From assembly GCA_964016885.1 (NCBI GenBank), contig OZ024742.1, forward strand, positions 147,808,001-147,872,000: DNA of 64,000 bases, read 5' to 3'. The stretch comes from Eledone cirrhosa. Taxonomy: Eukaryota. Every line of letters starts with the position of its first letter. The stretch's first letter is position 1. The position numbers and the translations under genes were made by a program. The notes beneath the pieces were generated by a model, which worked only from the letters and a program-made list of their open reading frames with translations, was not told the origin of the DNA and did no database searches. Below, piece by piece: positions 12,660 to 24,974 of this stretch.

Positions 12660-14624
12660 ATGTGCTATAATTGGTATGCATATTTAACAGATCTATGTAC
12701 AAAATTATACAAAATTATACAAATTATCAAGATTAAATATATTAGACCAACTAAGCTTATTAGACTTATATGTCCCTCCAAATCAGATATTGGAATAATT
12801 AGCAAAAAAATTTTAGATAGAGTCATCCCACAAATAAGAAAATACGTTATTTTACCACTCTGGGAAAACACCTCCCAGGTAATTAATTGGTTTAAAAATA
12901 TTAGGTGTAAATCTTCTGCTTCTTTCCTACAGTTTGATATAGATAACTATTATTCTTCTATATCACCCATACTCCTGAACAAAGCATTAATATTTGCTAA
13001 AAATAGATCTAATTTAACTTCGGATGACATTAACATTATTACACATGCTAGACAAACACTTATTGAATTTCAGAATGAATACTGGACCAGAAACACTTAT
13101 AGTAATCTTTTTGATATTACTATGGGTTCAAGCGATTCTGCCCAAATTACTGATCTTGTGGGCCTCTTTCTCCTTTTCAACATAAATGCCTCTTTTCCCC
13201 ACCTCAAAGGTGGTTTATATCGTGATGACTGTCTTCTTCTTTCTAACAACCTTAGCCTTTCAGAAATCGAAAAAAACAAAAAGCATATTAGAACTTTCCT
13301 TAAGGACTATTATAATCTTAATATTACTTTTGAAAAAACAAGTAAAGTAGTAAATTTCCTAGATATAACTTTAGATTTAGCTACGGGTATATACCAACCT
13401 TACCATAAACCTAACCAAAACTTACATTACATACACTCACAATCTAATCACCCTAAATCTATCCTTAAAAACCTTGCATATAATATATCACTTAGAATTT
13501 CTAACCTTTCTTCTAACCAAGATGTATTTGATAAAAATGCGACCTTTTATAATGAAGCTCTAGATAGAAGTGGCCACAAAAATAGATTAGAGTATATAAC
13601 TTCTACTAAAAATACTGAAAACATACAGCATAATATTACCAACAAACACCAAATGAAAGGTACACACCTAAATGCCACCCACAGTATACCCCAAAATACT
13701 AAATCTTCTAATATAAAGTATAGTAACCCTCAAAAAACTACTCATCATAAGACTATAATAAATATTAATAATAAAACTCCTAATAAAAAAGATAAAACAC
13801 CTAAATCTACAAATATAACTAAATATAGTTGTGGTGAGATCATTAACATTATTCCTCCTAGTAAAAATCATGATACAACATATAAAAATAATAAAAATAA
13901 TAAACAACATAGAAACCGTAATAGACGAGTTACTTGGTATAATGCTCCTTTTAATTTACAAGTTAAGGATAATATTGCTAAAAAATTTTTTTATATCCTT
14001 GAGAAAAACTTCCCGCCAAACCACAAATACCATCAAATCTTAAATAGGTCTACAGTTAAATTCTCATATTCTACAACAAATAACATAAAACAAAATATAA
14101 GTGCATATAATGCATATAAATGTAAGAAAACTATAAGTATACCACCAGTACATCAAATTAACAATAATATCTCCTCAAATACAGAATTAACGAAAGGATG
14201 TAACTGTAGAAACAAAACAAACTGCCCATTAAAAGGGAATTGTCTTGTTAACAACATAGTCTATAAATGTAATGTTAAAACTAAAGATTCTATTTGTTCA
14301 TATATAGGAGCTACCTCTAACAATTTTAAGACAAGGTATAATACCCACAAACATAGCTTTAAAAATGCCGCACTGGCTAATACAACATCTCTAGCAGAAA
14401 AAATCAATAGTTATAAAAATAAAAATATAAAATATGATTTGACCTGGAGTGTGCTCAAAAGAGCCACCCCTTATCAAAATAATAGAAAGGAATGTAGATT
14501 ATGTTCCCAAGAACTATTTGAAATAATGAAGTCTAGGGATATCTTATTAAATAAAAGACAGGAATTAATTATATCGTGTAATCATAAACTAAAAAAAACA
14601 TTTAAATATTATAAACCTAATTAA
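12660..14624 (+). CDS. PLE RT + GIY-YIG endonuclease (uninterrupted but 5'-truncated; first ~33 codons come from the inverted pLTR and junction filler)
   Basis: RLICPSKSDIG, QFDIDNYYSSI, MGSSDSAQ, LYRDD, linker CNCRNKTNCPLKGNC, IVY...YIGAT...FKTRYNTH, CRLCSQE, SCNH. Confidence 0.9.
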   Translation: MCYNWYAYLTDLCTKLYKIIQIIKIKYIRPTKLIRLICPSKSDIGIISKKILDRVIPQIRKYVILPLWENTSQVINWFKNIRCKSSASFLQFDIDNYYSSISPILLNKALIFAKNRSNLTSDDINIITHARQTLIEFQNEYWTRNTYSNLFDITMGSSDSAQITDLVGLFLLFNINASFPHLKGGLYRDDCLLLSNNLSLSEIEKNKKHIRTFLKDYYNLNITFEKTSKVVNFLDITLDLATGIYQPYHKPNQNLHYIHSQSNHPKSILKNLAYNISLRISNLSSNQDVFDKNATFYNEALDRSGHKNRLEYITSTKNTENIQHNITNKHQMKGTHLNATHSIPQNTKSSNIKYSNPQKTTHHKTIININNKTPNKKDKTPKSTNITKYSCGEIINIIPPSKNHDTTYKNNKNNKQHRNRNRRVTWYNAPFNLQVKDNIAKKFFYILEKNFPPNHKYHQILNRSTVKFSYSTTNNIKQNISAYNAYKCKKTISIPPVHQINNNISSNTELTKGCNCRNKTNCPLKGNCLVNNIVYKCNVKTKDSICSYIGATSNNFKTRYNTHKHSFKNAALANTTSLAEKINSYKNKNIKYDLTWSVLKRATPYQNNRKECRLCSQELFEIMKSRDILLNKRQELIISCNHKLKKTFKYYKPN

Positions 14625-15849
14625 TAACATTATTCTAGAATTTAATTTAATTTAAATGTTAGTTAACCTATAAATTTAATTTAATTAATATTTTATTACA
14701 GATGAGAAAATATTATGTAATCATTAATTTTGAAAAACCTTTAAATATTACTAATATATATTCAGTAATTTAATTTATAGATTAATTTTAACTTATTTTA
14801 ACCTTTTATTATAATTTTTTAATTTAGTTTAACCTTTTATTATAAAATTTTTTTTTTTTTTTTTATTATAATTCTTTTACAGATAAAATATAACAAAATA
14901 ATATCATGTATCCTATGACGGAGAAAGAATTTTTAGTATTATTGACCTAATTAATATACATTTTGGAAATATATTTATTATTTGGTTTTAGCTTTAATCA
15001 ACCTAAAACTTTAATTTTAATTTTAATTTGCTTAAAATTAGTATCCTTGTACAGACGAATTGCAGAATTTCATGTAATCATAGAATGGGAGGTGTTTTTG
15101 GATATATACCTAGTTAATATATTCTGTGCAAATTTTTTGGAAAAGATATGTATATCTATATGTATATGTATATGTGTGTATTGTATGTGTATCTGTATGT
15201 ATATTTATGTGACTATATATGTATGTATGTGTGTATATATATGTATATATATATATATATATATGTGTATGTATATGTATATGTATGTGTATGTGTATGT
15301 ATATGTATGTGTATGCGTATTAATTTTGATTTTTATTTGCATATAATTATATTATGCTATTGATGAAATACAATATCTGCTTTATGTATTGTATACCTAA
15401 TTAACATATACTAATTAACATATACTATTGAAATAAATATATAATTTTTAACTTAGTTAACATATAATTTATATGCTACTACCGATGTAATACTTTATTT
15501 TATTTTAATTTTATTTGGGTTTCTTTTCCCTATTATTAACTTTAATTTAGTTATAATGTAATTAATAATCTACTACTGTTTGACTTCATAATTCTGCTTC
15601 AAATATTATAAACCTAACTAATTTACACCTTGGAAATCAATATGTTGACTATCTTTGGTTTAGTTGACATATGATTAATGGTATACTTTTTTATTTTGTG
15701 ATGCATAGATTTCGTATTTCCTAGCATTGAAAATATGTAAGAACATACATTGAATTAAGATATGGAAAATATTATAGGTTTCTTGAAACATATATTTACT
15801 TTGATCCCCTTCTCCAAACCCCCCCCTTTCCCCCATACTATTATCATCT

Positions 15850-16451
15850 GTTTTTGTAAGTGTATATGTATGAATATATGGGTAGATGGGTGTCTATATA
15901 GTTTTTTTGGTATTTATTTCTAGATATAAAAATACATATATGAGCATGTAAATATGAATGTAAGATTGAGTGTGTATATATGATTGTACATACATATGTA
16001 TGTATATGTATGTATATATATGTATTATATATGTACGTGTATGTGAATGTGTGGTATATATATGTGTAGGTATATGTATATATGTGTGTGTATGTGTATG
16101 CTTGTATATAGGAATATATATGTGTGTATATATGTGTATATATGTATATGCGTGTTTGCATGTATGTGTATATGGGTTCTGTATATATTTGTATGTCTCT
16201 CTATTTATATGTTTATCTTCGTATCTATGTGATATATGTGTGTGTGTGTGCATGTATGCATATGTATGTGTTTGTGTGTGTTTGTATGCGTGTGTGTATA
16301 TATATGTATGTATTTGCACACACTCACATACACATATATATATATATATATATATATATGTGAGTGTGTATGTGTGTCTGTATGTGTGTGCGTGTGTATA
16401 TATGTGTGTATATATATATATATGTGTATGTATGTGTATGTGTGTGTATAT

Positions 16452-16495
<44 letters not shown>

Positions 16496-16634
16496 ATATA
16501 GGTGTCTATGTGTGAATATATGTCTTTATTCGTATGTGTGTATTTATATATGTTTATATTTAGGTGTATGTATGTATGTGTATGTATGTATGTATATGTA
16601 TGTGTATGTATGTATATGTGTATATGTGTGTATA

Positions 16635-16665
<31 letters not shown>

Positions 16666-16761
16666 TATTCTTTATTATTATTGTAATATAACTTATGTGT
16701 ATATGTGTATAAGTGAGGTTGTGTATGTATATATACTATGTGTATATATAAGGGTAATGAA

Positions 16762-16792
<31 letters not shown>

Positions 16793-16884
16793 CATGTCTG
16801 TATTTTATGTGTGTGTGTATATATGTGTATGTGTATGTGTGTATATATGTATGTATATATGCATATATGTGTACGTGTGTGTAT

Positions 16885-16931
<47 letters not shown>

Positions 16932-17042
16932 TGGATGTTTGTATGTGTTTTCATGGTGGTATGAGTGTGGGATATATATGTTTATGTATAAGTATATGTA
17001 TGTGTATGTATATATATATGAGTCTATGTGTGTGTGTGTATA

Positions 17043-17087
<45 letters not shown>

Positions 17088-17280
17088 ATGTGTGTATGTG
17101 TTGCGCGTGTGTGTGTCCGTAATTTTATCTTTTTATATGTGTATGTGTATGTTCGTGTAAATGTATGTGTGTGTATGACAGTATAGGTATGTGTGTATGT
17201 ATGTATGTGTAGATATCTCTATGTGCGCGTACATGTATGTATGTGTATGTATATCTGTATGCGTATGTACATTATATTAT
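15850..17280. repeat. Compound (TA)/(TG)/(TATG) microsatellite within PLE2 3' UTR
   Basis: Direct reading; source of the spurious Y/I/C/V/M-rich ORFs. Confidence 0.9.
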
Positions 17281-17857
17281 ATGTAATATATTTTATTGTT
17301 TTTATTTTTTTATTTTTCATAATTTATAGATACATTTATATTAGGCTGTCTGGTCTGACAACCTAATACTGACCCCTCCCCCCCCCCTCCCACCTAATTT
17401 CTGTATCTTGATCTTGAAATGGGTGTACCAGTGTGTTTATGTGAGTGACTTAATTTCTATTTGCTTATGATTTTATATCCACATATATAAATGTGAGTGG
17501 GGGGTGTGTGTGTGTTTGTGTGTTCGTGGTTATGTGTATATTTATATATATACGCACATGTATGTGTGATTATACTGATATGTGTGAGTATGAAAAAAAT
17601 ATATTTATATGCTTGACTACATAAGTATCATTGCGTATCTTATCAGCGCATTAAGCTTACAGAGATATTAACCTTGAAATTTTTTATTTGCATCCATCTT
17701 TTTAGTATGCACATACATATTATACACACATTATTGTAAAATGTGTGTAGGGTTTTACATGTATATACACACACCAAACTGCTTTTTAACCCTTTGTGTT
17801 TTCATTGGTCAATTTTGAACTGATATTTTGAATTGTTGTTATTATCAATAAATATAC

Positions 17858-18012
17858 TTCATTATTTCTGAAGACGGCGTATATATGAGTTAGGTATGTA
17901 TATTTAATCTTGATAATTTGTATAATTTTGTATAATTTTGTACATAGATCTGTTAAATATGCATACCAATTATAGCACATATATACCCTAGAAACGATCG
18001 TTAAATAGTGAA
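17858..18012 (+). ncRNA. Type I hammerhead ribozyme with 116-nt helix II (PLE2 pLTR)
   Basis: Helix I TTCATTATTT (17858-17867)/AAATAGTGAA (18003-18012); CTGAAGA at 17868-17874; nested pairing GTATATATG/CATATATAC and GGTATGTATATTTAA/TTAAATATGCATACC; GAAA at 17991-17994; palindromic AACGATCGTT helix III; GUU site. Confidence 0.75.
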
Positions 18013-18057
18013 CTTTTTTTGTTTAATATAAGGAATTGTTTGTTCATTATTTGTTTA

Positions 18058-18116
<59 letters not shown>

Positions 18117-18119
<3 letters not shown>

Positions 18120-18283
18120 CACTTCTATGGAACCTTCCTGTGACTTAAAGAAGTTTATGTCACTGCCACTCTTCCCTTTGATTACTCCTGTGCATCTTCT
18201 ACTTACAAAGTAATCCCTTCCTGTTAGTCTATACGTTATTCTACTACATCTCTTGTATACCCAAGATTTACATTGTGTGCACC
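18117..18283 (-). mobile_element. Internal RTE fragment (PHD-like finger region)
   Basis: WCTQCKSWVYKRCSRITYRL...GSIEVV, homologous to the RTE ORFs in this window. Confidence 0.7.
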
Positions 18284-18486
18284 ATATAAATATATGTATA
18301 TATATATATAAATAAATGTATATCATCATCATCATCATCGTTTAACGTCTATCTTCCATGCTAGCATGGGTTTAGATGGGCCATATATATGCCACATTTA
18401 TATATATATATGTATATATATATATATAAATGTGTGTGTGTATATATATAATGTGCACTTTATTTTATGTCTTGCTGCCCTTGTAG

Positions 18487-18675
18487 GTTTCCTTCAGATG
18501 TCGGACGGGAAGACTTTACTGAAACACATACAGCCTCCACCTCGTGGCGATCGTGAATTAAAGTTTTACCAGAATATGTTTGAGGATAAAGCAGAATCAG
18601 ATCCTGTTCTGAAACGTCTAAAGGGCTTCTTGCCAGTTTTCTATGGTATATGCAGATTTGATATGTGCCCTGATG
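18487..18675 (+). CDS. IPMK: IPMK coding exon 2
   Basis: Acceptor CTTGTAG; (S)FLQMSDGKTLLKHIQPPPRGDRELKFY...FLPVFYG; donor G|GTAAC; phase 1-1. Confidence 0.9.
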
Positions 18676-19025
18676 GTAACCCATTTATTTCTATTTTTTC
18701 CTATTCTTTTCTTATTTCTTATTTTGCAACCAAGTGTTTGTGGATTCAGTCCTGCTCTGCAGCACTTTGGACAATTGGCTCTTACTATAGCATTGGATTG
18801 ACCAATGCCTTGTGAGTAGAATTTAGTAGATGGAATCTACAGAGGCCTATTGTATATGTATATGTGTGTGTATGGTTTCACATTTGTGTCTGTGTTATTG
18901 TCCTATACCATAGCAGGTCATCAAAAAAGAGAAATTAATAAAATAACTATTGGATTTAATAAGATTCACTAAATCATGGTAGTGCTCCAGCATGGCTGCT
19001 GTCTAATTCCAGTCGGGATTTTACT

Positions 19026-19061
<36 letters not shown>

Positions 19062-20045
19062 ATTTTATATTTTATATTTTACATTTTATATTCGTTATCA
19101 TTTACCTAAAATATACTGGCTCATTAATATATCTCTATATACATAATCGTTATTTAAATATTTCTAACAATAAGTATTTCATAAGCTTTACATACCGAAA
19201 ATGTTGACATTTTTATAGGTAATCTTCGTTAAAGTTTACATTTAGGAAAATATTCAACAGTGTAAATTTTCCTTTCGCTGGCCAGGTAAATCCTTTAAAT
19301 TTTATCCTCATAAAATTCAGAAGTTTAGAAATGTTAACACACTTATAGAATTTATAAAATTAATAAATATAAATAACCAGCAACTTTAAAAAAACCCCTA
19401 AAATCTTGATTCTTCACCCATAAAATAACATAAATTAAATATTTTGAAACTTAACCGTTTAGCTTTTGGGAAAAAATCTCTTTCTGCATATATTACTCCC
19501 CTTTATATTTCCCTCTCTTTAAATCCTCTTTCAACGGCCCTCATGGACAGTTATAATTCAGGAGATGTTTTTCATAGATAACCATAACTTGTAGCATTTT
19601 ACTGTTGTACCTCCGAAATATGTATAATAAAATTTAATTGATCAAAAGAACATCTATTTAATTAATATTTGAATTTTAATATTAATAACTCTGGAAAATT
19701 ATTTTTTGTAGAGTGCTTCCAATCTACTGTAAAACTCATTCTTTGATATACTCATTGAATCTTGTTTAACTCTTTAATATATATATAGAGAGAGAGGGAG
19801 AGAGAAAAAACTACTCACAGTCCATGCTGTAATGTGGTCATGTAGGTAACACGGTAAAAAGTTCCCAGTCCCACACTGTAAATGTGGTTGGTGTTAGGAA
19901 AGGCATCCAGCCATAGAAAGCCTGCCAGATAGTCCTATATGAGCGAGACACGGTCACCCGACCAACCTTGCCTCAAGTGGCACAACTCCCGTCTAACCCA
20001 TGCTAGCGTGGAAGATGGACGTTAAACGATGATGATGATATATAT

Positions 20046-20100
<55 letters not shown>

Positions 20101-20109
20101 AATAAATAA

Positions 20110-20342
20110 AATTAGAATTTTATTTCTCGCCCCAGCACAGCTGATACATAAATGTAAGTATGCATATGTACATACATGTATATATATACATATATACACA
20201 CACACATATATAAATATACATATGTATGTATGGGTTATATTGAACATTAATAATAATATTTAATTCGTTTGTGTGTATATATATGTGTGTACATATACAT
20301 TTATGTATCAGCTGTGCTAGGTCGAGAAATAAAATTCTAATT
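20110..20342. mobile_element. MITE-like element with ~47-bp inverted termini
   Basis: AATTAGAATTTTATTTCTCGCCCCAGCACAGCTGATACATAAATGTA and TACATTTATGTATCAGCTGTGCTAGGTCGAGAAATAAAATTCTAATT. Confidence 0.65.
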
Positions 20343-20639
20343 ATATTTTTAGTTTTCAGCAAGGCCAACTGTAAACTGCTCAGTATGCAAATGAGGCTAC
20401 TCAGCCAATGTTTACTTAAGAAAATACTATATATTTTCAACCATTCAACAGATTGGCAGAGGTATACACTCCTGATATATATATATATGTATGTATGTAT
20501 ATATGTATAAGTGGGAGTAGCGGTGCATGTATGTAGGGTGGAGATCGGAGAGGTAAGTCTAGGGTGAGGTATTTAGCTAATGAAGGTTGGAGTGTAAAGA
20601 TCTACGGGTGTATGGAAGTGGTGTATGGTGCATACTAGA

Positions 20640-21050
20640 GACCACTAGGTGTTGCTTCATCCCATGCACATAGGAAGGCATGTCTTCTGCAGTACTGTAT
20701 GGAAGGAGGAGGGAAGACCACTAGATGCTGCTTCATCCCATGCGCATGGGAAGGTGGTTGTTCTGTATTACTGCATAACGCCAGAGATCTTAATCGTATG
20801 TCATCGCCTTTAAGAGGTGCAATTGTGTGAGGTCAGCTTATATCACCTCATCTCAAGCTTCCCTAAGTCTTTTCTTCCATAGTTTCCATCAGCTTTGAGT
20901 GCCCTGCACCTTTTTCTACAGCTGTCATCGTTCATACACATCACATGCCCATTCCACCGCAATATCCTCTTCTGCACACTGTATCTAATCCCTATTATGC
21001 CCAGTTTCTGCTTCCCGAACAACAGTCATCTCAGACAATCGCGCACGCAC
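20640..21050 (-). mobile_element. Degenerate RTE 3' fragment
   Basis: Homologous to the RRLRWYGHVMRMKDDS region and downstream UTR of the RTE copies. Confidence 0.7.
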
Positions 21051-21896
21051 ACACATGATTACCACAATGCAATCACATAAAAAACATTGAATATGATGTG
21101 ACAGAATTATCTCCCTTAGTTTGTTAAAGTTATCTGTATACTTTCCATTCTGAGTTCCAATCCCGCCGAGGTTAACTTTGCCTTTCATCCTTACGGGGTT
21201 GATAAAATAAAGTACCAGTAATACACTGGGTAATTGCTGGCCTTGTGCCAAAAGTAGAAACAATTATTTTTTTAAATATTTTAGGCACAGGTCAGAGCTC
21301 CAACTAATTTGCAACTCTGATTGTGGCGCAATGTCTACTGAGGCTCATGTGTCTCGTTACCATATTATATATTATAGTTACCATATTACCAAAGCACCAT
21401 CCCCTCCACCCTCCCACTGGAAAGTGATCGTGTAGGTGTCACTACAAAAAGCATCCGGCCTACACTGTAAAGTGGATGTGTAGGCAACATGATAAAAAGT
21501 ACACAGTACTCACTGTAAATGAGGTTGGCATTAGGAAGGACATCCAGCTGTAGAAACCAAGCCAGAATCAGTTCTGTATGAGCAAGACATGGTCACCTGA
21601 TCTGGCATTGTCCACAACAGGACAACTCGTCTAACCCATCTAGTGTGGAAGAATGGATGTAAAACGGTGATGATGATAATGATATATATATATTTTAAGT
21701 GAAGAGAACCAAGGTTTTAAAATCAAATCCATATTTAATATCTACGATAGTTTCTATACAGGTGATAAGACTGCATGTGTATGTAAATAACAAATCAATC
21801 AGTTATAATTAATTAACGATTATTCACAATGAAATATTCCATTATAATCAATTACACACACATCATCATCATCTTCATTTAACGTCCATTTTCCAC

Positions 21897-23420
21897 ATAT
21901 ATAATAGAGGTATATATGAAGATTTTAAGCAGTTATTATGACACAGCTATCTTAGTGGCCATGTGAGAACGTCAGACATGTGTTTCTGGATTTTTATCTG
22001 ACATCGGTGATGTTTACCCTAATTAATTAATAATAATGAAATATTGTGTACAGTGCTCAGGTGCACTACAACTCATCAAAAAGTGTATGTATAGTACATA
22101 GGGTAATGTACAAACATCAGGAAAATGAACAGTGCATGAGTCATGATACACACGTGTGCATGTGTATGGAAGGGGTACATCAGGTGTAGTTTTGGCGAAT
22201 TTCGGGAAGCATGAGGGTTTTAAAGGATGCAGTGTCTCGGCAGCTAACAACTGACACAGGCAGTTTGTTCCATGCTTCAGCAACTCTGAGCGTGGAAAAA
22301 TGTTTCCGAAAGTCATGGGAGCTGTGCTGTTTTCTGATTTTGTAGGCATGTCCACGTGTGTTAGACACATGGAGATCAAAAAGGTGCTCAGGGTTGTTGT
22401 TGGCGAGATGGTTAATAACTTTGTGGGTGTTTACCAAGTCCATTGCCAGACGTCGGAGCTTCAATGAATCTATGCCCAGGGAAGCAAGGTGTTCAGAGTA
22501 TGGTAGGTGTCTGATGGAGGGTATGCGCTTGGTTGCACGTCTCTGAACAGTTTCCAGGCGATCAATGTTCTGAGCAAGATAGGGGTTCCAGACTGATGAT
22601 GCGAATTCTAAGTGTGGTCGTACCATAGCTGTATACAGCTTCAAATAGATAGCTGGAGAGTGGCTAACAAAGGTCTTGCTGAGTGATACCAAGACACCCT
22701 CGGCCTTCTTGACAATCTTAGAGACATGCTTTGTCCAACGCAAATCGCTGCTGACAGTAATGCCCAGGTCACGTTCACAAGAGGACTTCTTGATATCAGT
22801 GTTGTGGAGGCAGTATGTGAACGCTGGATTTTTCCTCCCAAAATGCATGGTGGTACACTTGTCCACAGCCAGCTTCAGTTGCCAGTCTGTGATCCATTGC
22901 TGCATTGTGTCCAGGTCTGATTGTAGGAAAGAGTTGTAGATTTCAGGATCAGTCCTTTTGATTTCAAGGTACAGCTTGATGTCATCTGCATATTTCAGTA
23001 CCGTGGCATTCTTTAAGTTGGCATCTATGTCATTAATATATGCCACAAACAAAAGGGGACCAAGAACAGATCCCTGTGGTACACCAGATGACATCTCATA
23101 TGGTGAAGAATGCTGTCCTAGAACCTATGAAGAATGCTGTCCTAGAACCGGTGAAGAATGCTGTCCTAGATTCTCGTCAGTCATTAGATGTTTCATATGC
23201 AAAAAAGTATATAAGCTATCTGCCTATTCTTGTTTCAATACCAAGTGAGTAAATGTCACCGATAGCAGATAAAAATCCAGAAACACATATCTGTTGTTCT
23301 CACACAGCTACTGAGATAGCTGTGACATGATCACAACTTAAAACCTTCATAGTGTGACTTTTGTATGTTTATTATACATAAACATATCGTATATACCTTT
23401 TTATACACCTCTATTATGAA
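21897..23420. repeat. Diverged inverted repeat pair flanking the CR1 insertion
   Basis: 21897-22019 reverse-complements ~23247-23350 plus ~23400-23417 (e.g. GTGTTTCTGGATTTTTATCTG / CAGATAAAAATCCAGAAACAC). Confidence 0.8.
22022..23171 (-). mobile_element. 5'-truncated CR1-clade LINE
   Basis: ORF 22180-23094: SGVPQGSVLGPLLF, YADD, ERDLGI, VRPHLEFASSVWNP, TRGH...RVAEAWNKLP; (ATT)n 3' tail at ~22022-22037. Confidence 0.9.
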
Positions 23421-23471
23421 CGACACTATATTAGTGCTACTGAAATATATATATATATATATATATATACA

Positions 23472-24134
23472 CTAGCCGAATTACCCGCGCCTTGCTGCGT
23501 TTCACACATTTGTTTTTTTGTAAGAAAATGATGATTGATTTTAAATAAGTGATATAATTTATGGAAAAAAACTCTGCATTTCAATATTAATCAATGTAAA
23601 ATGTAATGCATGAAAAATTGGAAAACATTATTTTTTGTAATATATCAAATCAAAATTACATTATTAAATCTTATTCTTATTTTGTTTCTTGTAAATAATT
23701 TTTTTCAAAATATTAATTCAAAACTTTTGTGAATAGGCATCATATCTTGTCATTTACCTATGGTTTAAATTTCATATAAATCGAAGTGAAAAAATTTTCA
23801 GCGGGGGTTTGTGCCTCCGGGGAACCCTAAAAGGGGGTTTAACCCCCATTAGGGTGTCTTAATATTATTGAAATTTGCTGAAATGTTGTGAATAGGCATC
23901 ATATCTTGTCATTTACCTATGGTTTAAATTTCATATAAATTTCATATAAATCAGCGGGAGTTTGAGCCCCCGGGGAACCCTTTGATTAAAATGAAATATA
24001 CATAAGAAATCAAATGGGTATGAGCTCCATACACCTGTCAAGTTTCATCAAGATCGGTTTGGTAGTTTTTGAGGTTTAGGTTCACAAACACACACACACA
24101 CAAACAGACAGAAATTGCCATTTATGTATATAGA
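23472..24134 (-). mobile_element. Non-autonomous Helitron
   Basis: Minus strand starts A|TCTATATACATAAATGG followed by (TG)n; ends CGCAGCAAGGCGCG hairpin ...TTCGGCTAG|T; A|T target with no TSD; internal ~100-bp duplication at ~23726-23830 and ~23886-23985. Confidence 0.8.
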
Positions 24135-24974
24135 TATATACACATGTATAGGGGCATGAGGACTAGAGGTGTTTTCAGGTCCTCAGCAAAAAGTTCTTTC
24201 TACTTTACATTGTCTCTATTCGATTGCCAACCACTTTACAGAGTGTATGGTGTATATTTTATTGTGTCACTTGCATTAGAGATGTTGTTTTCCCACCATG
24301 TGACAAAATAATCCTCTATATATTGTATCCATTCTTTCAAGTTCCAATGAATATAATTTGTTAAGTTTCAACAAGTCTCTCAAATTTTTGTTTACTTCCT
24401 GTTGGAAGTACTTCAAAAGCAAAAGATCGAATAAGAGAACTTTGTATAGAGATTCATAGAGTAGAAGAGGGAAGGAAAGACAGCAAGTTAGAGTGAGGGA
24501 GAGGCAGAGCAAGGAAAAGAGGTCGAGAGCAATAATGGAAGAGAGCAATAAAATAAAACCAGAAGTAAGATTGAAAGAAAATGTGTGTAGACATGTGCAT
24601 GCTTGCATGCGTATTGGATATTTATGAATTAAAAAGTTCAAATTGTAAAAATGTGTTGGAAATATTTTCAAGGGAATGCATAAATAACACCAATGATGAT
24701 ATAGTAAATATGGAAAACTGTGTTTCATTGTAAAATAATCACTTCAAATATTTTAGCACTTTTTGTAGAATTTGGAGTTGGTGAAAATTGGCAAAATATT
24801 GACCTTGGATATAAGTTGATCCCCCCTCCCCCTCTTTTTTCCATCGATTTTTTTGTCACATATTTCTCAGCTTATATTTGAGTTTATACTGTAAATCAAA
24901 TGGATCAGTCATTAAACCTATACATATATTTGTTTTCAACTATATCAATGTTTACTGCTACTGATTTATTCCAG

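Larger units (their letters stand above)
12439..18063 (+). mobile_element. Penelope-like retroelement 2 (Naiad-like), 5'-truncated with inverted pLTR, ~3.2-kb microsatellite-rich 3' UTR, in IPMK intron
   Basis: ~12578-12740 is the reverse complement of ~17900-18063; TA tracts at both ends; open RT + GIY-YIG frame; hammerhead at 17858-18012. Confidence 0.9.

Noticed and set aside
14963-17160. Many long Y/I/C/V/M- or H/T/Y-rich ORFs (also 3449-4103, 19993-20510)
   Set aside because: Stop-free translations of TA/TG/GA microsatellites with no codon-position bias
17786-17980. 64-aa ORF identical to the N-terminus of ORF 12660
   Set aside because: Consequence of the inverted pLTR duplication; it is the antisense of the hammerhead helix II
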